Shown piece after piece: positions 1 through 13,290 of a stretch of 64,000 nt of DNA (its first letter is position 1; each line of letters starts with the position of its first letter). The stretch is taken from assembly GCA_012295275.1 (NCBI GenBank), contig CM022673.1:8370001-8434000 (forward strand). Direction: 5' to 3'. The notes beneath the pieces are model-generated. The model saw only the letters and a list, made by a program, of their open reading frames with translations. It was not told where the DNA came from and ran no database searches. Source of the stretch: Chrysomallon squamiferum. Lineage: Eukaryota; Animalia; Mollusca. The position numbers and the translations under genes are program-made.

Positions 1-54
1 GTTTCTTTTCTACTCCTCATTTATTTAAACTATAACAACAACAACAACAACAGC

Positions 55-96
<42 letters not shown>

Positions 97-3000
97 GCAA
101 ACAAATAATAATTATAAAATTCAACAACAACAAAGAACAATAATAATTAAATAAAAAATAAAATTTTAAAAAAAAAATAACAAAATAACAAAATCGATAT
201 TTCGTAATAAATTTTTACGCCCAATCACGACGGAAATTCCGTATTCGAACGAGTTGCTCCGAAAAAGTGGAACAGTAATCGGAAGCCAGATGACTTCAGA
301 AAAAAAAAAAAAAAAAAAAAAGCTACGAAAATAGCGACCTGACACTCTAGTGTGTTGTATTTCAAAACCTTTTTAACCCGAACGTCAAAAACGATTCGTG
401 CAAACACGTTTGCTTCGACGTACGTGTGTGCAGAATGTTTTTGTTTATTTCCTTGTTCTGTAAGAAAAATCAGCTAATTTGTCTGTCTCTACCATATGGA
501 GAATCGGCTTCTCCCGGCTGGCCTCGGTGGAAACGTTCAGAGATGAAGGTAACAAAATACACTGAAATAAATAATCAAAGAACCACCCCCCCTCTCCTCA
601 GAAAACCCGATAATAATAAATAATAATAATTTTTTTTTTAGAAATAAAATAAAATAAAATAAAATAAAATAAAATAAAATAGATAAATAAATAAATAAAT
701 GGATAAGTAAATAAATAAATACATGTATAACCTTATGACAATACGGTAAGCGTAGGAAAGAAAAACAATTAAAATATTAATAACAAGGAATTGACTAAAT
801 CATTAGTATCATTATTAATAATTATAGTAGTACTAGTAATAGTAGCAGTAGCTGTAGTAATAGTAGTTGTAGTAGCAGCAGTATAGACATGAATACACAT
901 ACACGTGCATAATCAAAATGTCTTGCAAACGTATTTGATATATTTCATATTAATTTAAACGACATCCATGCCGGATTTTGAGGTTTAAACATCGATCAAT
1001 TTGCATAGCATTCAAGCACAGTATTCTGGGTTGTGTTGCCTGGTAAATCGTAAGGTCTAAAGTATGCTTTTCTAGTCGATCGAATAGGAAATAATGAAGA
1101 TTCGCATAAGCTGTTATGATCAAGTGAAAATGATATGGCATGGAATTCATACGTGGAGAGGATTTGGAGTAACAAATTAAGAGATAAATCACGTATTTTT
1201 CAGGCATTTTGATTACGTGACTGAGTTTTGTGAATTGAAGTGAAAGAACAAACACAGTCGCCTATACCCACGCATAAAATACATCTTCACTTTACAAAAG
1301 ATATCGTTTATGTGTTTTTCCGTGTGTGCGTGTGTGTGTGTGTGTGTGCATGTGTGCGCGCGCGCGTTCGTGTGTGTGTGTGTCTGTTGGTGTGATTATT
1401 AATGTAGACACAAACTGACGCGATGGTGAAACTCAATTCCCCTGACCCTAAGCAGATCTTGCTCTTTTTGCGGGCGTGTTCAATAGCTGGGTCTGATTAG
1501 GACGCTACAGGATGTTAACATGTCTTTATCTAGCACATACCTATCTTACCACATGCCATTTTAAAGGACACACCTTTCTTGCCACATGACTATCACCTTA
1601 CACTAACGATTGACGTTACGGAAATATCTTCTTGCAGTTTTATTTTACGCAGCATCGTTATGGCAGTATAAATAAAAAAAAACTTCAAGATAGCAGGCTC
1701 GCACTTTTAGATGATATATATATCTATACCTATATATATATACATATATATATCAAACACAGAGACACGTGCACACTTACCCCCTCGCAGGTACATGCAC
1801 GCAAATGCCTATGCTAACAAACACATACCCATTTACACACACCCACAGCTATATTTTGGGGTTTTTTTTTTTTATCTATTTTTACGTTTGTCTGACAAAT
1901 TTAGTGTTTGCTTAATAAAATTATGTATGTGTCTATTTATTTAAATGTGTATGTTTGTATGTACGTGTCGTCCTTGTTTGTCTATGTGTATAAATACATA
2001 CATACATACATAAAAAAAAAACTAAAAACTAAAAACACATTGACATACAAATTATTAAATAAATCAAATGTACCTAAACGAGAACACACCTGTTGATAGG
2101 TACATATCCTGTTTTAACGTAATAATTTGTTAGTTGTCTTGTTTTAACAATATCACACACTGTTACACAAATCTATTTCCAGCTAATTCATGAGTTAAAA
2201 AGTGTTGTTAAACAAGCGTCTACATCTCCCAGCCTAATAAACTTCACCATAGCGCCATTATTCTTTCTTTTTTTCTTTTTCAACTTGACATATCATGACG
2301 TTATCGGAAGTTGTACGTACAAACAATGGGAAGGTGTATGCGACTGTTTGAGGGAGTTTTTTTAGCACACTGACGTAAATAGACGTATTTAGCCGAACCG
2401 AGTGGCTCGCTCAGCGCGAAGGTGTACATTTATATTCGTTGACAGGTCTATCAGTTTTAGTGCCGCCCCTAAATCATCCTTAATGTTGACTCATTCTACC
2501 AAATGTCCACCTTGCAGTTACCAGAAAGGAAGGTCATTTCAAAATGGATTGATGGTTGGGTGGATGGGTAGATTCGTTTCAGTTGTAAATCAAAGAAAAA
2601 AATGAATGAGATAAAGAGCGTGTTTTTGAAACTTTGAATGCAGATGTCATTTGCTGACATTCCGGGCAGATATTTGACATTCTGTGTATAGTAAAATGTT
2701 ATTTTGAAATAGGTTATGTAGGCGTTTTTTTCCTGTTAAATGAATTGGATCCCTAATAATTTATATGCATGTCTGTGTATGTGTACCGAGAAATAAAGTA
2801 ACTCATGCAGATAATTAATTGTAAAGGCATTTCGTATGAATAAACCTTTTTTAAATTTACTTGGATAAGTGTCACACAGTTTGTATGCATCATCAGTAAT
2901 TTACCATGAATTTCGATCTAGATAGCACATATATTTCATTGTTTATTTTGATCAGTTTCGGATTTCCTTCATTAACTTTGTATTTTTTCGTACCTATACA

Positions 3001-3699
3001 AAGTTAATTTTTATCTATTGCTTTTATTTTATTTTTCTGATTCATTTATCTAGAGCCATTTATTATTCAGTTTTTGAATTTATTTGGATCGGTGTCATAC
3101 TATGAATGTATCGTTATTGTATTTCGACCCACACGGAATATTTTATTGTTAGTTTAGTTATTTTGAGTTCTAAAGATATTAACTGTTTACTTTTTTATTG
3201 TAGATTTCTTATCTATAAGAATAAGCTGTGTATTTCTCATCGATAATTTTTATTTGTTTTTATTCATGCATTTGCTATAATTATACTTACTGCATGTATA
3301 GAAATTTCCTTTCATACTGCAGTCCTAAATAATACAAAACTAAATGACATTAAATGTTTTATTTCTCGACTCGTCACTCTGGAAAGTAATATATTCATGC
3401 ATATTTTGTTCTCGCTTGCAACCTTGTCACCTACAACAAAATGCTTCTAAAATAACAACAATTTATTAGTTTCCAAATGAAGACTTTTTCGAAATGAATA
3501 TTTAAACGAGAATTTAAACACTAAAGAAGTAATTTTGAATAATATACATGAAAATAACAAGTAATATATCGAAGTAAAAATAGTTCCGTCTCAAAATGTC
3601 GGTTTAGTCATTAACCGTAAATATAAAAACTTTATCTGGTCATAATATCAGGCCACTATTTATAGTGACTGCAGGATAAATGCAATTATAACCTTAGTG

Positions 3700-4040
3700 T
3701 TCTAGGGATATTTATTACTGACTATTATGTATTTCTTATTTATGACTTTTGAGTCTGATATAAGCATTTTGCTGTCTGAGGATATTTACTGTATTTTATG
3801 AACTGCGTGTTTCTTATCTATGATAATTTGTTATTTATTTTGAAATATATCATGTTATTTTTTTTCTTTGCGTGTCTGATACATGTTCTTATTTCGAGTA
3901 ATATCTTGCAGTATATATCTACGGATATTTCCTAATTATATCAATCTATTATTTTTAATCTGTGGATATTCACTGATCATATTTAACTATGTATTTCTTA
4001 TCTATGAATATTCAACTTATTACATTCATTGATGTATTTT
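3700..4040. repeat. Degenerate ~40-bp tandem repeat
   Basis: Recurrent ggatattt(a)ct and tgtatttcttatctatga motifs. Confidence 0.55.
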
Positions 4041-4061
4041 CTCTCTCTCTCTCTCTTTCTC

Positions 4062-4104
<43 letters not shown>

Positions 4105-5635
4105 TAATTTACATTATTCATAGAATAGTTTAATATTCAAAACCAGAGACCATTATGTTAGATTTCTCGTCTTAATTATATGATATACATTGTTCAAAAG
4201 ATTTAAAACATTTGGATAATTATTACTGAAATAGTTGTGTGTATTTTTTGTGTGTATGTACGTATGTGTATGTGATACGGTATGCATATATCTCTGAGCA
4301 GAGAGAGATTGTATAATGTTTCGTTATTATTTTGAAGCTAACAGTTCGCCAAAGATTACTAGGTAGATGGCTGTGTGGTTATGCCAATAGCTAATTATTA
4401 TTATTATTTTGTTATTTTGAATAAAAAGAGATATCGGATCTAAGTCTAAATCCGAATACCATTTATATTTCCTATACAGCTTATAAAATTTAAAAAAAAA
4501 AAATCAAACAACAACAGGTGTATGATAATACTATTTCTGCTGCTCAACCTGCACTGTTACTACTACCGCTGCTACTACTACAACTGTTTCAGCATCTACG
4601 ATTACTGCTTCTAATGCTGCAGTTGTCACTTCTACTACTTCTGTTGTTGCTGCTACTACTACAACTTGTTCTACTGCTGCTGTTATTAATTGTACTACTG
4701 CTACTATTGGTAGATAATAAATAAAACAAACATAAAATAAAATAAAATTAAATTAAATTAAATTAAATTAAATTAAATTTTAATAAACTATCCTCACGCC
4801 AAAAAAAAAAAAAAAAAAAAAAAAACAACAACAAAAATTGAAGAAGAAGAAGAAGAGAAAGGAACAGTAGGAGGAACAACGACCCGTCAACTGTAAACAA
4901 CTGAAACTTTTACAGTCGTGACGTGGTTTTTACTGTGTCTTTTGCCATCTTAATATTCAGAGGTTAATCCAGGTTAGCACATACACCCATGACAGAGATT
5001 CTATTGTTTATAAACACAAAACAACATGTTTTCTGCAATTTTAGGAACGAATGAAGGACATTAGGATATCACCTCTTATTATAAATGCTACTGGCGTAAA
5101 TATCTGCTCTTCAAAAACTGAAATTACCATATGAATATGTGAATCGTTAGTTCGTAGATAAGGAAGCAAAGTTAATTTTTCATACGTAGTTAGCTCATTT
5201 CAGTTTTCATGCAACAGACTGTCGGTACAGTATATATATGCATAAACCAGTGTTTGATCTTTCATACATTTTTTGTTGTTGTTAAAGGTTCTAAATCGGC
5301 TCAGATCTTATAATCTGAATTTATTTTCCCCTTGTCGTAATATACTGCCGTCTTTGAAAAGATGCATTGGTCATCAGTCTTAACTTTTTACCAATATCTG
5401 ACATTACACTAAAGATTTTGGATCCTGTTGGATATTAACTGCACTATCTATATGCATAATAAATAAAACTATACTTACTCTTTTTTTGTCTTTGCAGAGC
5501 AGATATTTCGCAGCAACCTCACTTAAGAACAAACAGAGTTAATTTCCATGTATCGATGTTTTTATAAAGATCTACCAATGAAAACGAAGTTTGGTTTTAA
5601 TGAACTAAAAAGCTGCAGTTCAATAGTACAGCATC

Positions 5636-5692
<57 letters not shown>

Positions 5693-6048
5693 CGCCTAAG
5701 GATACTGGACCATTATTCAATGGCAGCATTTCAGTACTTTCATATCTAATATAATTTATAAAACTCTTTGGTATGTGCTCACCTGAATAAAAATGCGCAA
5801 TAAAAATATGTCAAGAATTTCTTTTTTAAAAAAAATTAATGTTTATTTAGAATTTTTGGTTTTCCTAGATAAATATTTTTTTTAAAACAATATATTTTAA
5901 AAGTGTGTTTAAACGTCGTTCAATAAATTATTTTATGTGATGACAGGTCACTGAAACCAAACAATATACTAATATGAAATAATAAAGAATCTGGATAGAC
6001 TGTTTATTTGTACCTGTAGCGGTATTATTTAAAGGAGCCAACTCATAT

Positions 6049-6101
<53 letters not shown>

Positions 6102-6824
6102 GTCATTAAAATTTCTTATTTTCATATTCACACCTACGCAGTCATAGATTGTCAGTGTTTCTTCTTCTTCTTCTTCTTTCGTTTTTTTTTTGTCCTTATG
6201 ACGTCAACAATTTAACGGAATGAAAGAAAAAAGTTTTTTAAATCAGAGATAAATAAATAAATATAATAAAATAATATAAAGTATCTAATAATAATAAAAA
6301 ATTAAATAAATAAATAGAAAATTAATAAAAAGGTAAAAACAAAAAAATTCTGTAATAAAATAAATCACCAGAAGAGTTATAAATATATAAAAAAATAATA
6401 TACGTAGGTATTTATTTTCGGCTTATTAATGTTTAACAATTACCAAAACGCGTGTATTCTAGTATTAAAGCGTCTGTTCTGAACTGTTTAAGCGTTTCTT
6501 CATCTGCACTTGATTACTGTTGTCATAAAGAAGTTTAAAGCAGGTCTGTGTTTTATAGATTACTCAACAAATTATAGATTAGAGTTAAACCAGCCGTGAA
6601 CTCTTTATAACGGAATAATATTTACTGTTATGTGTTATTTACTTTCATCTGAATAACGTTATTCGAGAAAAACCTATTAACTGTTGTTTTTAGTTTAATA
6701 CAATTTGAGTTACTTTAAATAGTCTCCAAAATAGATATACTTGCTAACCATTTAACTCAGTTTGGTTTAGTCTGTTTTAGCTCGAATAGTTGTGATGTAG
6801 AAATAATGGAAGGAGACTGTTTGT

Positions 6825-7068
6825 GACTAATTCGTTTATAAATAAGCTGTGTTTAGACATATAACCGTAAGTCGTAGCAACAGTGTTATAATTTGTAATG
6901 GATTATTAATAACGGAGAGCAACACACACATTTGACAAACTATTAAAATGAAAACGTGATTTTGGGTTTATCTTCATCTAGCAACGAGTTCAGAAGCTGC
7001 CATACTAACACTTGAAAGCAGTTTTAATGTCAAGCAGATTATTCAAAATTATCTCGTTAGCCAAGTTT
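6825..7068 (+). repeat. ~240-bp dispersed direct repeat, copy 1
   Basis: Aligns with 10156-10399; the core acatttgacaaactatt...gtcaagcagattattcaa is nearly identical. Confidence 0.92.
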
Positions 7069-7305
7069 GGTAAAATATTTATTAACAATTTAAATTTAAT
7101 TTAATTTAATTTAATTTAATTTAATTTCATTTCATTTACTTTGAATAATGTTAAGACGGAAATATTCATTATCATCAAGAATTAAAATGGACGATGTTAT
7201 ATTGATATGTGTCTGTGATGCTGTCGCAAAAATAAAAATACTCAAACGGGCAAATCACGGATATAATTCCTGTGTCTATCAGGTTTTTTTTTTTTTCTTA
7301 AAACA

Positions 7306-7307
<2 letters not shown>

Positions 7308-7346
<39 letters not shown>

Positions 7347-7452
7347 ACACACGCACGCATACACACACACGCACGCATACACACTCGCACGCATACACAC
7401 ACACACGCACACGTCACACACACACACACACACACGCACGCACACACACACA
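7308..7452. repeat. (CA)n/(CACG) microsatellite
   Basis: Directly visible. Confidence 0.95.
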
Positions 7453-8885
7453 ACAACAATAGTAAAATAAAAATACCAGCATCTCAATATGTTTCTTTAT
7501 ACGTAGAAATGTTGAAAAAGAAACGATATAGGATATCTTCTTTTCAACACCTCGGGTTTGTTATCTTTACAGTTCGGCTTTATTATTAGAAAAGTTTGAG
7601 TAGAAACAAATGACGCAGGCACGTGGATGTACATATTTAATACATAATGACGAAACCGAAAACAATAACACATGCAATAACAGGAAAAATAACAGCAGTA
7701 TAATATGATCCTGACAAAAGTGCTTGTAATCTGAACAACAGCGACGACAACAAACCATATTCGAAATAGCTGCAATAACCAACGTGATCCTCGCAACCGT
7801 ATTTATGACGTTTTTTGTTTCCCCATGGGCTGGGTAGAGAAATGTGGTTTATTCTCTTTGGCATTGTTGTAAAAGCATTGCGATCTCTGCTGGTCCCCCA
7901 GAACCAGCCCGGTTACGTCAGGACGAGGGGTAGGTCAGACGATCATCTTTGGAAAGGCATCACTGACTTAACAGAAGCCAGCATCCTGGGATATCTCTTG
8001 GGAAACGGGAAGCGTGCGAGGACTGGGTGATATATGGTGTTGAAGCACGAGTTTGGAATGGCCAGATTACGCATGCATACACCCACACCGTTACTGTTAT
8101 CGATTGACAATGTTTCCCAGAACGCGGAGAAAGGCGTTTTATTTTCGTCTGGTGTGGTAACAACATCGTTAACAGCTTTTCCAACAACTAAACAGGATGT
8201 CATGTTACACGAAATTGTTTCTTTCTTTTTCTTCTTCTTCTTCTTCTTCTTCTTTTTTTTTTTTTTTTTTTTGTTTGCTTTTTTTTTTTTGTGAGGGTTT
8301 TGTTTGTGTCTGTTTCTCTGTGTGTGTGTGAACGAGATTCTGTTAACATCGAGAAGTAATACTTTTAATAACGTTTTAACATTCTAAATAAATAAATAAA
8401 TAAATAAGTTGTTTCCTTGTTCTAGCTATTTAGAAAACGAAAGCGATATGAGTCAGACATTAAACAGAGTCATTTTGAAACGAAATCTTTTGGCTGAAAG
8501 TATTATTTTTTTTTTTTTTTTTTCATCTTAGAATTAAACAAAACTTAATATGTAGGATAAACATAAAATTCAAATAATGAATTAATCTTTGGTAACTTTA
8601 TCTTAATTACTCTGGTTGGTAATTTGTTTTCAAAAGATGATACTCCAAACCAGTAAAGTTTGAATTAAAAATCATTGTTTAGCAATCCCAATGCAGAGTA
8701 CACAGACATCTGTTTGCATTATGGCACGTGGTACACATTATAATAATAATTATCAAATCAGTAACTAACTAATCCACCCCCACAACAGACAATAAAATCG
8801 TCTAAAGGTCACTGCCTCCACATATTTAGAGTTATCGTCCTTCCACTATTTCCTCTTCATACGTAGTAACAGCGGTCCTAATTAT

Positions 8886-8918
<33 letters not shown>

Positions 8919-9451
8919 TGCAAACAGCTTCATTAAAGGCAAATGAGTGCTATGCAGACTCTCATAAATTACTACGTCTGACTTCAGCTGAAAAGAATAT
9001 ATTTTATATATATATATATATTTAAATCTCAAACAACAACAAGAAAAAAACAGAAAAAAAAAAAAACAGAGTTAACTCATTAAGGCAATATCAAAACTCT
9101 TATATACGTATGGTTTCATTTAACAATCTTGTTGTTAAATTTGTGGCAAAAATACGACAAAAGAAAACAAAAACTGTGTCTCAAAATATCCTCGGGTTTG
9201 ATATTTATTGCTTTCTCGGAATAAATAGCTCACTTAAAGATATGCTTTTAAACCGAGAGGTATAATTTGTATCACTTATAATGTTTTGAAGCTAAGTAAC
9301 TTTTAATAGCAAAGTCGGTAATTTTAATTCGTAATATATATATATAAAAAAATATATTATAGAGAAAAAAAGAGAAGGAAATAAATAAATTAAATTAAAT
9401 AAATAAAAAATAGAGAGTGAAAAAGAGTGACAGAGTGAAAGACTGAGACAG

Positions 9452-9570
<119 letters not shown>

Positions 9571-10155
9571 AAATCAGAGATAAATTGGAAGCAAGTCCTG
9601 AAACATTATCATCATTATAAATGTTTCTGTCATCGGCGTCGTCATAGTTATCATCTTCTCTCTTCATCACTGAAACCATCTCATCGTTATCATCGTAATC
9701 ACCGTCGCTGTCGTGATCCTTACAATCACTGCCTCCTGCTTGCTTTTCAAAGTCATCGCATTTCTTTTTAATCTTCATTATTTATTTATTTATAATATAA
9801 TATAACGAGAAAAAAGGACATTCTTTAGACTCCTCAGTTTATACTAGAAATAAAGGATTTTTAATATATATATATATATTTTATTATTATTATTATTATT
9901 TTTATTATTTTTATTTTCATCATCATCATCATCATCATCATCATTATTATTATTATTATTTTATGTATTCGGAGAAAAAGTACTAAGAAAAGTTAGGTTA
10001 TTTATCCAAAACAAAGTACACTTATGTTTTTAAGTAACGGACAATTCAGCTAGATAAAAGGCGGTATAAGCGAAATGAAGAACAGTTTTGTTTGATGAAG
10101 CAGTCTGCATATTTTTAATCTTCGATTATAAAAACAAAGGAAAGAAATTCTTTAT

Positions 10156-10399
10156 GACTAATTCATTTACAAATAAGCTGTCCTTAAACTTTTAACCTTA
10201 AATCGTAACAATTTTTGTTATTATTTGAAACTGGAATATTTACAACGGACGGCATCAAACACATTTGACAAACTATTAAATGAAAACATGATTTTTGGTT
10301 TATCTTCATCTAGCAACGCGTTCAGAAGCTGCCATACTAACACTTGAAAGCAGTTTTAATGTCAAGCAGATTATTCAACCTTCTCTCGTTAGCTAAGTT
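10156..10399 (+). repeat. ~240-bp dispersed direct repeat, copy 2
   Basis: Aligns with 6825-7068. Confidence 0.92.
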
Positions 10400-10515
10400 C
10401 AACAAAACTGTTACTATAAATTATTAAATTTTTTTGTTGTTGTTGTTGTTGAAAAATGCTGGAATCCAGATGATAGGCGCGTAAAACCTAAATTAATGAC
10501 CGTACGTTCTAAAAA

Positions 10516-10770
10516 TTGATTAGATACGTCATAAAAAGTATTGGCTGCAATGAACTGTATTTGACGTCGGTAAGTTTCCCATGCAGAGTCATAGTCGGAT
10601 ATTTGTTAATATTTATTTATTTATTACCAAGGTGTAAATGTATATATATATATATATTGATTAGATACGTCATAAAAAGTATTGGCTGCATTGAACTGTA
10701 TTTGACGTCATACTCGGATATTTGTTAATATTTATTTATTTATTACCAAGGTGTATATATATATATATAT
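10516..10770 (+). repeat. Tandem duplication (141-bp unit; second copy has a 22-bp deletion)
   Basis: ttgattagatacgtcataaaaagtattggctgca...ttaccaaggtgta(TA)n starts at both 10516 and 10657. Confidence 0.93.
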
Positions 10771-11267
10771 TTGTCTGCATATTTATTTATTTATTATTGT
10801 TTTTGCAGTTTCACAGAAGACGGAGCGCATTTGTAGATTTTTGCGTCTATTCTCATACAGTTTTCTATTTTGCATTTATCGATGATATCGCCTAACTGAA
10901 AAAACCTTGGATATTATCAAATATAGTATCTGTTGTTTATTAATTTTGTTTGTTTATTAATTTTATGTATCATTTATTTATTTATTTATTATTTGTTTAT
11001 TTATTTTGAATTTATTTATTTTGTTATAATTAAGTTCTTCATAATTTCACTTTTCAGTTCTTCCTCACTTCGTTGAGTTACTTATTCATTTGATTCTATG
11101 TTTGTTTTATAATAAAATAAAACAGTTAAATAAAGAATAAATTAAGGGGAAAAAAATAAACTTAAGAAGTGTAATAGATAGATAAGATACAACAATAATA
11201 ACAATAAAATATTATTAATATATCAAAAAAAAAAAAAAAAATCAAAACAAACAACATCAACAACAAA

Positions 11268-11317
<50 letters not shown>

Positions 11318-12236
11318 CAACAACAACAACAACAACAACGACAGGGAATTTACTCAAAATAATTGTTCAACATTCTTGAAGTTTGCAGTCCAAAGTCTAA
11401 ACAAACCGATAACAAAATATATGTGTCATTCATTCTTTTCAGTGGTACAGCATATTTATTGGTTGGCACTTACTTTCGCAAACATTTCTTCAAGCACCTC
11501 ATTATTTTACTTAAGTGTTTGCAAGAGTTATGATAATTATTTTGAAACCAATTTCCGCATTCTTCTTCAAAGGAATGTTCTAGGAAAGGCAGCCATTTAT
11601 TTCTGTGTTAACAGGTGTTAAGTTTATCCCATAAATACAGATTCTTTTTTTTTGTTATATATGCAATGAAAAACTTAAGTTAGTTAAACAATATTTGTAT
11701 ACAAAGATTACGCATCGAATTACATATTATTGTTATATCACATCAGAATTATTGAATCTTATCGCATCAGTTTGTACCCTGTACATCATTGTGTTAAATT
11801 ACGCCAAAGTTATAGCACTGCGTCGATCATTAGCGCTTCGTATTTTATATTGTTTTATGGATTTAAGTCATAATAATCGTATTACATTGTATATTGTTTG
11901 CATGGTATCACATCCTTGCGTATCGTATTCTATATTTTTGTACGATAGCATATCATAATTATCGTACTCTCTCTCGATTCTTGGCATACAGTAATTTTAA
12001 GTTAGTGCTTTTAACCCAACTTTACCATTTATCAATGGTATATTTTAATATGGCATGTCCAAATTATCACGTTATTTACATAGTATCATATAGCATTTAT
12101 TTTACTTCATGACATCACATTATCTCAAATGATATCATGCTTGATATATATATATATATCTCTGACATCGCATCAAAATTCATTGTATTTTTTGTGCGAA
12201 TGTGCTAATTACCGCATAATAATATGCAAGCAAAAA

Positions 12237-12272
<36 letters not shown>

Positions 12273-12369
12273 TAATTTAAAAAAAAAATGAAGGTGAAAA
12301 AATTAAAAAGGAAAAGAAAAGAAAGCAAAGCAAGACTCAGACAAAAACAAAATAAAACAGGCATAATTG

Positions 12370-12411
<42 letters not shown>

Positions 12412-13187
12412 ATGTCTGAGACCACGATTTCAAAAAAAAAAAAAAAAAGAAAGAAAAATGTTCTGACGTAATAGCCTACGTCAAAGCACTGTTGGATTTT
12501 GACGAGGAGCGGATACTGTTGGATTATACCTCTCAAGTGGAAGAATGATCCCAGTGAAAAGTATCGTATGTGTATATGTTATACGATATTTTAAGACTGC
12601 CATTGCTTTGTAAACACAATATCTCCTATCACCAGCACGGCCCAAAATGGCGCAATCGGGCACGCAAACTATGCCAGCTATGTTAAGTATTATAGGTCTG
12701 TTACCAGGCGGAAAACTGAATACCATCTTGTTCGTTTTATAGGACATGTGCATTATAAGGTTATGCACGTCTACAGAGACAAATATAAAGAAACAACAAG
12801 CACTGAACTCTGACATATACCTAGAGACAAACAAACTGTTTTGAATATTAACAACTTTTTTTTTTTTTTAATATATATGTAAACACACATATATATTACT
12901 GACTACTTACATATTTACTTACTTATTACTTACTTTATTTTACTCACTTATATATTATTTTTCTTCTCTCCTTTAAGCAGGATTTGTTATGATTATTATA
13001 CTTTGAAAAAAGAAAATTACGTTATTAAATCTAAAAATGAATGAATTGTCATAGTTATGTTTGTTTAAATTATAAAAGAATTCGGCTGAATGGTTTTATA
13101 AAACAGAAAGAGATATTTTATCTCAGTGATTACATCATCTGTCTAATCGCCGATAGGAATAATGTCTTCAAAGCGCCTTTTGAACCA

Positions 13188-13290
13188 TTTTCCGTTCCAA
13201 CCATTCATGTTTATCTTAGGTCGTGGTATGAGCTTTTCGGCCTTTGGGAAGATACGTACAAAAGACCGCTCGTTTTTTCTGACCACAAAA
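13188..13290 (+). mobile_element. SINE central-domain fragment related to the element at 24720-24998
   Basis: gtttatcttagg..tggtat..tgggaagatacgtacaaaa aligns with gtttatcatagg..tgatat..tgggaaggtacataaaaaa of the other copy (minus strand). Confidence 0.5.

Noticed and set aside
6994-7025. AAGCTGCC resembling a miR-22/745 seed in the duplicated element
   Set aside because: The rest does not match the mature miRNA and the stem is too short for a pre-miRNA.
10570-10586. GTAAGT...CAG segment missing from the second tandem copy, suggesting intron loss
   Set aside because: Only 17 nt, and the deletion endpoints follow GTC microhomology rather than the splice sites.
12481-12834. 117-aa ORF containing CC and other Cys residues
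   Set aside because: Cys spacing does not fit a TGF-beta knot; non-ATG start and no recognisable domain.
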